DNA of 30,634 bases from Paraphysomonas bandaiensis (taxonomy: Eukaryota > Protista > Chrysophyceae): assembly GCA_965644295.1 (NCBI GenBank), contig CBFFRP010000438.1, positions 1-30,634 on the forward strand, read 5' to 3'. Below the pieces are notes generated by a model, which saw nothing but the letters and a program-made list of their open reading frames with translations, did not search any database and was not told where the DNA came from. Shown here piece by piece: positions 21,904 to 30,634 of this stretch; position 1 is the stretch's first letter; each line of letters starts with the position of its first letter. Made by a program: the position numbers and the translations under genes.

Positions 21904-23422
21904 TTACTTCCATCTGCTGTCCTTGTATACAACAGGAAACACTTTCAGTTTCTCTCGCGCTCTCATGAGCTCCACCAAGTAACCTTTCAGACCGGGTCCT
22001 AAGCGCATGGTCTCTTTACCTTTAATTGGTTTCTTTTCACCAGTTCCCTTAATAGAACTGTAATAAAAAACATATATGAGTGAAACAAATAGATATGTAC
22101 AACAGAAAACTGTGGCACAGGGTAGTCAAACTCACATGGCACTGGAACTTGCACTTGAAGACGCCCCGCTAATGGATTGTGAAGAGGCATCAGCAGCACT
22201 ACAAAACGATTTAGGACGTATAAAATAGAGAGTATGTATGCACCTCTCAATCTTTGGGTAGCTATCAACAGGTACGTGATAGTCCACGACATTCACCACA
22301 CCAGTACGTATGGTCCTGAAGAAAGATAGAATTCAATACACATACCCTGTTGATTGCATATCTATCTTCTGCCCGTACACCACATAATGCAAACATACAT
22401 ATGTACATTCATAAACCATGTGATAAGAACAACGTTATTATACTGTGTAACATTACAACTCTACAATGGTCGGGAGTGGACGTACCCGCCTTGATGCATT
22501 TCCTGGTTGTACTCTTGCCATCCTAAGGTTCGACGAATGTTCAAGCGCTTAGCCTGAATTTCCAAGAGCTTCTTGATGGGCACGTAACTACGCGTAGAGA
22601 GTGACAAAAGTGTATACAGCTAACATGTACATTACTTATTGTCTGTCATTTCCTCGCGATTCTTCGTTGCTTTCTCCCAGTACTCCTTTCCTAGAAATTT
22701 CTTCCGTAGAACTTCTTGTAGTGCAGTAACAGGTTCTAAAATAACCCGATGTGTTCGACATATACCACAGAATATCTCCGCTGTAACCGCTAAATAATTG
22801 AGTTCATCTAGCTTATCATATGCTCTACGAAGATAGCATATCAAACCATTGCAGAAAAACTCCCACAAGGAACTCACTTTTTGGCTTGAGAGTTGTCCAT
22901 TAGGTCTCCGTGACAGAGTTCAGATATCAACAGTCGTACTTCGTCGAATTCGAATGTGCCATTCCCATCCAAATCATATATATCGAATAGTATATAGCCT
23001 ACATGCAAATACTTTAATTTAGTGTATAATAAACGATCATATGATACCTAAGGAAAGGATATCAATTGTACAAAAATTCCATAATATAAGTACAAATTCT
23101 CTAAAATCTATTAATCCAGTTTCATTTGGATCCATCATACCAAAAAGTCTTTCACTAAATTTAGTTCCTTTTAATTTCATTGTTGGAAATAAGGATGATA
23201 TCAATACTCGTTTAGGTCCTTTTTTATTAAATAATTTTGATGATATTTTAGCAATAGATCCAATATCTTTTTCAGGTATTAGAAGACAATCAAAATCTGT
23301 ATATAGTTATATATATTATATGTCTAGTAGTGTATGGTAGTGTCTATACCGCATCGTGCTTGTTCAGCCTCTGGATAAAATGAATAAATACGTGAATATT
23401 TGGACCAGATCTTGATAGACAT
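21904..23422 (-). CDS. EF-hand calcium-binding protein (calcineurin-B/recoverin-like), multi-exon
   Basis: Exons 23422-23350, 23296-23048, 22998-22878, 22824-22636 splice in frame. EF loops MDPNETGLIDFREFV and IYDLDGNGTFEFDEV. The 3' small exons are uncertain; the last exon ends ...VYKDSRWK* at 21904. Confidence 0.8.
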
Positions 23423-24972
23423 TATCTTTATTCAGGTTATATGATTGTAAACCCCTGTGAAGGTATGTTGTTAGGTGGTTTAATAGTGACGATATGGAAC
23501 AACAGTCTACACATATATAATGTGCCACTGCTGTATTGTATCGGCATCCTTTGTATATTGAGACAACAATTCCTCTGTATTCCAGCCGTAGTTCTATTGC
23601 AGTAATATAGAGGATTTATGCTTCAATTTATTTCCGAAAAATAAGATGATACGCATATATGTACACATGTACAGCAGCTTGTATACCTCTATAGTCTATA
23701 CGAGTACAATACAGTGTTGCTATGTATACAACTGGCTGTATGGTGTTTGTATAACAGATAACAGATATACAAAAGTTATCAAAACCCTGGTTTTCGGATC
23801 CAATAACATCGCTTTTGAGATACTACTCACTAATACCCCCGCTTTTTGGTATTGATAACACCGCTTTTATGGTTTGTCCATCTTTGGTCATCAAATATCT
23901 TCAACAATTGCACATGTGGCCATATATGCCTGTAACTCATAGATAGTCCTTGGCACATATACATCTCATGAATTGGATGTATAGAACCCATAATAATTTG
24001 ATTTTATTAAACAGCATGCAGTAGCTACACTAATATTGCATTCAGGTTTGCATTATCGGATCCTGCCACTAGAAACATGACCCCATGTCTTACAACTTTG
24101 TATTATTATCCCCATGTATTGTTTTCTTTCATCATTTCTTCCTAAAGCTCCTTTTTTCTGTTCAAACTCTTCACGTTCGTGAGAAAGCGCACCGATCTTT
24201 CCTCTCAACTTTCTGGCCTTGGTAAAGGATAACGTATCGTTGGAATATGTCAGCCCATTCCAATCCCATAGTCGTACAGGTAATGACCAATGAAAGCTAT
24301 TGTAGTGTTAAACTAGGATATGCATTATTTGGGATACTCTAATGTGTCTAGGCCTTGATGAGTCAGATTTATACGAGAAATACCGAATACTATGAAGTGT
24401 AGAATATTGTTTGAGCTGTTCAAACATCCTCATCACAATTTTTTCATTTTGATAGTTTTTAACCACGATGTTGTAGCAGTTGAGTAGAAACCAATATGTA
24501 CGGTATGCTTTTTAAAACAATTTTACTCTGAAATATGAAATAAATACAGAAGCTGAATGCTGTACTATGCGAAAACTCGTCGCAATAGTCAGTAGGTTCG
24601 TCTCTAAAGGCATAACGATTTCTCATGTAAAGAGTGTACTAGCTTATAATCGAAGTGACATATGTACAATAATTTACGGATGTGTTGATACTGTGGCCTT
24701 CTTGTAGTTTCAAAATAACTGCTATAATCTCATTACATCACTTTTAGCAGTGATCAACACTTTAATAAATCAAAAAGTCAACATAACTTGAAAGCTACTA
24801 CCGTACTTGATTCATAATTCCGACGGTTGTTAGGCAATGCAAAGTAACTAAGGAAGTGTATTACACATTGACGATAGTTTACACAACAGTAGTATCAACA
24901 CATAGCTAGACCCCACCTATAACGCAACCGCAAAAACACTATTGCAACAAACAGATCCAGTATGGTACTATC

Positions 24973-26003
24973 CTATTGATCATGATCCTTATCTACATAT
25001 CTATCTTGTCTATCGGACGTGTGCAGCTGCCTGGTTCCAGGTGTACAAGGGTGAGAACCAGAGACACCATTACAGTTGCTGTGATCTGAGCTAACAACAG
25101 CCCGATGATCATGCATTATCTGTGCATTTTTACGACTGGTTGCTTTCGTTTTTGGTGTCATGGAATGAGTAGTTCGGTTTTCAATGTCCTGTGTGATTTC
25201 TGACGCCTTGTTCTCCAGTTGGTGCGGATTATGCTCATCTGTTTCAATGAGAAACTTGCCTGTCGCAACTACCGCAAGGAAAAAAATACCAACTGCCTCC
25301 GCCCAGTGTACAGACGCTTGCCGTATGGATACAGATAGCACAAAGGTCGATGCGCTGGACATCCCTGATATCGCGGCCTCTCCTACTTGCTCAGGCTGAA
25401 TGTATGTGACATCGAGCAGGGAGGCGCCTATGAGAGTCAAATAGCCAAAGAGTTCAATGGCTAGACTTGGTATTCCTTCTGAGAAATATGATAAGTCTAG
25501 CAATGACATGCCTACAAACTCCAGCAACTCTGTGCAGAGGAGTTCCTGGTGGAATTTGTATGTAGGGTCCTTGACATCGAGCAGCATCCATCCACAAGTA
25601 TTTAGTATTGGGGCAGATGTAAGCATTGCCATTCCTAAATATGTCACGTCAGATGCAATATACTTCAACAATGCTGAAAATAACAAAAGTATTACCCATA
25701 TGTTCAATGGTTGGTAATCCCTCAAACGCAGCAGCATTTGCCATGACAAATATTAGCCCAAACACACAGAGCCAAAGACCAGAAAGCCAAAAGAATATAG
25801 TATAAGTATTCGAGGGATAATTCAAAGATAGGGGAGTCTCCCAGTCTTCCATACCTTCAAGTAATGTACTACCCACAATAATTGCAAGGGCAATACCATC
25901 TATAAGCATCTATAATATATATCATATTATGATTAATAATATAGAAATTATATACCAATATTCGAAAAACACCTGTATGAGATACAGTCGTGTGTGTGAC
26001 CAT
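24973..26003 (-). CDS. Uncharacterised multipass membrane protein with hydrophilic C-tail
   Basis: Exons ~26003-25956, 25909-25696 and 25634-24973 join through GT-AG introns; several hydrophobic segments (IDGIALAIIVGS, FFWLSGLWLCVFGLIFV, LAIELFGYLTLIGASLL, AVGIFFLAVVATG). Confidence 0.75.
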
Positions 26004-26408
26004 GATGTTTAATAATATCTAGTGTGTGTTATCTACAGTCTACTTAGAGCTATTGTAGGATAATGTTAGTAACACTATATATCTTTCATGATATTATAGA
26101 TAGAATTCAATTATATAATTGATAGATGTGTTTAACATACTTGTTAACTATCTAGATATGCTCATACAGGAGGCACGAGGTTACTTAATAATGACTTAAC
26201 ATACAGCAGTACATGTACATGTATATAGAGACAGCTGTGTACTTTTCAGACAAAAAAACTGCATAAAATAAACTGGATTTTTCAAGTTATAAAGCCTACC
26301 CTCTGTACATGGTGTACATACTGCTGTAAATGTACAAAGGAGGACATACGAAGTACAACAGCCTCGTACCACTCATAAATCAGTAGGAATTCCTACATAT
26401 CCAGTCGC

Positions 26409-26470
26409 CGTCAAAAGTCCGAACAAGTCAAAAGTCCGAACAACCGTTTTTTGATCAAAAGTCCAAAAAT
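26409..26470 (+). repeat. Subterminal direct repeats in the TIR (candidate transposase-binding sites), mirrored at ~30562-30623
   Basis: GTCAAAAGTCCGAACAA twice in tandem plus ATCAAAAGTCCAAAAA. Confidence 0.75.
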
Positions 26471-26723
26471 GTCGTTCGAAACTCTCATATTTCTCTCACT
26501 TCAGTGACATTGAAATCCAATTAACACAACACTTGAACTGACCTGACACTGGAGACTTATCATTCTATGGCAATCATGGACCACTGGACACGAATATGCA
26601 ACCAGATTTTCATTTCATACACTGCTTCTCTCAATATCACAAGGTTTCTTATATCGTTCCAATTCATCGAGTACCCCTCACATCCGGCACCATTTCTCAA
26701 AATCCCTACATTGAATTTTCAAC

Positions 26724-29195
26724 ATGACGATCTTAAAAGGTTTGTATACAGATGGACTCTCACATATATGAGTGCTGTGCAATTCCTACGACTTGTTTTT
26801 GAATAATGTCTGATTTGTGTTCTTTCAGTGACTCGTCTATGCGACTACAAGAATCTTCGCAAAAAGAACCGACAAGACGCCATAGACAAGCTCCGGGCAG
26901 CTAAATTTGCAAAAGCACAGTCGAAAGACAGCTATGGATCTGATGTTGACCTCAATGCTATTCTCGATGAATATGAAAAGGATAAACCTAGTAATGTTAG
27001 TGAGTTTTGTCGCAATCACAACATCACTCGTGGAGTGTTCTTCAGGTAACTCTTTATTGTCATAACATACGTATTTCTGATGGAATATCTGCTTTGTAGG
27101 GCCAAAGATAAACGAGAAAGAGGGCTAGATCCCAATCGTAGCTATCTTGGGCGCCCGACCTGGACGGACGAAGACGGTGTGGCAATGTTGTCCGACATGA
27201 GCCATGAGGCCACTGCAACTGGGAACTCATTCACTTCTGCATCCGATGGGGATTTTGTTAAAGCACTGACCAGTGCAGGGACTGTCAACAAGCAAGGGGG
27301 GAACTTCCTTAAGAATCGTAAGGCACCCTCAAATTCCACCATAGGCAGGTATTTGAAAAAGGTGTCACCTGAAAGTGTGGATGCTCCGTCCACAGTCAAT
27401 GCGCGAAGGCAGGAGGCCATCAATGATGCATTCAATCCCTTATCCAGCGTAGCCATAGTAGGTGCCATCTTAGGGGTATCACCAGAAAATCCTCAAGGCA
27501 ACCGATTTCATCCGTGGAACAAGACCAATTCGGATACTCACAACATCATGCTAGGATATAGTAAGCAGAGGCGGGCACGTTGTCCACAGGTATGTATAGT
27601 TGGCGATTCGTGGTTACTTTATTTACAAAATTTTGACATAGAATATGAAAAAACTGATGAAACTTAACCGTCTTTCTGTCGCCATTACCAACAAGAAGAA
27701 GATACGATCCGTTAAGTGCACGGCTACTATGAGTGCAGAGCCTGCTCTACTCAGCCATATTGTTGTCATCCGGGAACGAAAATGCAAGGAGTTGAAGTGT
27801 TTCAAGTTCAACATGAATGGATGGGTACAGAGCATTATTTTTCGTCCTGCACACAGGATCAAACAGTGCACTGAGAGCAAAACTACAGATGACGCTGAAA
27901 CAGTCTGGGAGGACGTTGATATGGAGGAGAGTGATGAAGCTATGCCGGGTTTGAAGGAAGTTGAGGGTAGTGATGAGAAGGAAGAAATTGCTCAAGATGA
28001 TAAAGGTTCAAAATGTAAAAGTAACGATGATAAAGGACTAAACCCAAGCGGAAATGGGGATGATTATTGCTCCGGTCCTGACTTGGACACACGGGATCAA
28101 ATGCGAGCCCTTCGGGAGCAGCATGACGACCGTGAATGTGATAAGCTGGAAGAGGCACATGCTACACAAAAGAAACCACTCAGTGCAGAGGCAACTTTCG
28201 GAATGTTTATTATTGATGAACACATTCTCCCTGTAGTTGTTAAAAACAGAGACCGAAAAGAGAGAACATTGAAGAAACTCGATGTGAATTACTCGAGTAT
28301 AGAGAAGCAGGTCCCTATTCTTTGGTCACTTGATGGCGAATATGGACTCATACGTGCTCTTATCGACGTACTAATGGAAAAATGGGGTTCTTTCTCCATC
28401 GAGTTTGTCAAGTTAGCAGCCGCATACACCATGTGTGCACAGCCTTGTGATCTCACGCGATGTTTTGCTTTGTGCAATGAGTATTGTAAGAAGGCGGAAT
28501 TTTACGACCCCAAGACGAAGGGCGCAACTCCTATCTTCCTTCCATACGTTGTCCAGTATATGAAGGACATCAAGATGGATAGCGACTCGATAACAACGTA
28601 TAGAAATTTCTTTCATCGCTTGCCTACAATGATCACCAAGTGTTACACTGGTGACAACATTATATCTGGCTTCGCCTCGGCCGCTTTCGAGCCGTTTGAT
28701 GCTGAAGTCCTGCTTCGGAAAAACCCTCATATCTGCCAACTTCCTGAAGAAGAAGCGTCCCGCCTTCTTAATAATGTTATACCAGAACTCATACAGCTTG
28801 CCAGCCTTCGCGGTCTAACACGTGATGATGACATCTCCGCAATCCTTACTAAGCATGACGTTAAGTTAGCTACACCTATGTTGAATTTGAACGAGCTTAG
28901 TATTATCCGCCAGAGAGCTGTATGGCTCAATCATAGCGTTGAGGTCGAAAGACGCAATGATATGCTACGTGCTTCTACCCGAGCCAAAGCTGAGAAAGCT
29001 GCTGAGAAGGAGCGCAAGAAGGCCGAGGCTGAGCACAAAAAGGCAGAGGCTGAGCACAAAAAGGCGGAAGCTATCAAGGCGAGAAAGCGTAAAAAAGAAG
29101 AGGCTGCCGAGAAGAGAGAACGAGAAAAGACAGAAAATGCTGTTGAAAGGGAGAGGAAGAAAGCAGAGGCTGCCAAGAAGATAGAACTAAAGTAA
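26724..29195 (+). CDS. pogo-like DDD transposase, 758 aa, 4 exons (26724-26739, 26829-27045, 27100-27589, 27642-29195)
   Basis: HTH-like SNVSEFCRNHNITRGVFFR, GRP linker, PSNSTIGRYLKK; D1 in PWNKTNSDTH; ATMSAEPALLSHIVVI; D2 in PILWSLDGE; D3 in IEFVKLAAAYTMCAQPCDLTRCF; NIISGFASAAFEPFD; K/E-rich coiled-coil tail. Splice phases are consistent. Confidence 0.85.
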
Positions 29196-29660
29196 AGACA
29201 ATTGTAAGATAGCTGTGCCACACTTGCCCCTCGCAGACGTAAGATCTTGTTGGGCCCTGTTCCGTGAAGTGTGCCACAGATACAAAGTATAGTTAGCTTA
29301 ATTATGTTGTTTTAATACGCTTATTTACGTTGTTTTAATACCGCTGATTTATGATTATTTTCTTCTTGTAGTGGTACACTAATAGCTATCGTCACTAAAT
29401 ATATTAGCAATCGTTATTGTATATTACTATAATAAAGTTAATTTTGTGCTGCTGCATGATATGTGTCGCATAGCTGGTAGTACAATCAAACGATTTTATG
29501 TAGCCACTGTCTGTTATCACCTATCATGATACCACAACCTAGCTAGCTATGTCTACAAATTCAAGAGAGTGGAGCATGAAGAAATAAAACTTACGAATTA
29601 ATCGGATTACCACTCCAGTTGTTAATAAGAATTCAGCAACGAATATGTAGATAGTACTAT

Positions 29661-30098
29661 CTAGTTCTTGTTTGCATTGTCTAATTTGGTCTTTAGGTAG
29701 AGTGATATTATCCAAGAGGTTATCATGAACTGCTTAAGAAACTTGCTCCCTTGAATGTTGACACTCTTTACACTCCTTCGTGTCTCTATGTAATCCCCGT
29801 AGGGCACAGAAGTGGACAAGATCACAGTAACAGCTTCCTCATACGCCTGGCCAGCCGGAACGAACACACGCGCTTCATTCTTCCAATTCTAGACCCGAAT
29901 AGCTACAATTACCATTTGTCTACGTCCTATAAGATAGATTGTTCCTCATAAATATGTATAAACGCATAGATAGACAAAAACAGCTACCTGAGGAGCACTC
30001 TTCGAGAAATATTTTGCTCTCAGCAGTACTGGTTCACACTGCTTAACTGCGCAACCTTGACCAACTAAAGTCATTATTGAGGTCAACATCTGATCCAT
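29661..30098 (-). CDS. Speculative second, convergent small ORF starting in the right TIR (exons 30098-29988 and 29888-29661, ~112 aa)
   Basis: Open frame MDQMLTSIMTLVGQGCAVKQCEPVLLRAKYFSKSAPQ ends at CAG|GTAGCT and can splice in phase 0 to TAG|NWKNEARVFVPAGQAYEEAV...; no homology recognised. Confidence 0.25.
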
Positions 30099-30634
30099 AG
30101 CTGTCTTTCGACTGTGCTTTTGCAAATTTAGCTGCCCGGAGCTTGTCTATGGCGTCTTGTCGGTTCTTTTTGCGAAGATTCTTGTAGTCGCATAGACGAG
30201 TCACTGAAAGAACACAAATCAGACATTATTCAAAAACAAGTCGTAGGAATTGCACAGCACTCATATATGTGAGAGTCCATCTGTATACAAACCTTTTAAG
30301 ATCGTCATGTTGAAAATTCAATGTAGGGATTTTGAGAAATGGTGCCGGATGTGAGGGGTACTCGATGAATTGGAACGATATAAGAAACCTTGTGATATTG
30401 AGAGAAGCAGTGTATGAAATGAAAATCTGGTTGCATATTCGTGTCCAGTGGTCCATGATTGCCATAGAATGATAAGTCTCCAGTGTCAGGTCAGTTCAAG
30501 TGTTGTGTTAATTGGATTTCAATGTCACTGAAGTGAGAGAAATATGAGAGTTTCGAACGACATTTTTGGACTTTTGATCAAAAAACGGTTGTTCGGACTT
30601 TTGACTTGTTCGGACTTTTGACGGCGACTGGATA

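Larger units (their letters stand above)
26398..30634 (+). mobile_element. pogo/Fot1-like (Tc1/mariner-related) DNA transposon, ~4.24 kb, with 559-bp TIRs
   Basis: 26398-26956 is the reverse complement of 30076-30634 (one mismatch seen, at 26941). Ends read TA-TCCAGTCG...CGACTGGA-TA, compatible with a TA target duplication. Internal DDD transposase. Confidence 0.9.

Noticed and set aside
24040-24480. Coding-like minus-strand stretch, possible transposase remnant
   Set aside because: Multiple stops and no motif I can assign with confidence.
26567-26806. Identical 79-aa ORFs at 26567 (+) and 30226 (-)
   Set aside because: They are duplicated only because they lie in the TIR; the frame does not splice to the transposase and no motif is recognisable.

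Overview
Eukaryotic nuclear DNA. The LSU 5' motif GCATATAACTAAGCGGAGGA and short GT-AG introns suggest a stramenopile-type protist (inference). The window opens with a minus-strand rDNA fragment (28S 5' end, ITS2, truncated 5.8S) broken at a small inverted-repeat cassette. A repeat- and transposon-rich region follows, containing: a 500-bp palindrome made from a coding exon; a 2.3-kb TIR element inserted in a (TATG)n tract; an F-box protein with twelve 29-aa repeats showing constant-scaffold/hypervariable-face organisation; a decayed tyrosine-recombinase-like element; a myristoylation-motif TIR-SAM protein; a PTGR/CurA-like reductase; an ankyrin-RING ligase built one module per phase-0 exon; an EF-hand protein; and a multipass membrane protein. 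It ends with an apparently intact pogo-like DD38D transposon whose 559-bp TIRs duplicate the 5' end of its own transposase gene. The best candidates for undescribed biology are a protist innate-immunity-like cluster (variable-repeat ubiquitin-ligase receptors plus a TIR-SAM effector) and the long-TIR, potentially self-silencing or two-gene pogo element. All gene models and domain calls were made by eye and need HMM and RNA-seq confirmation.
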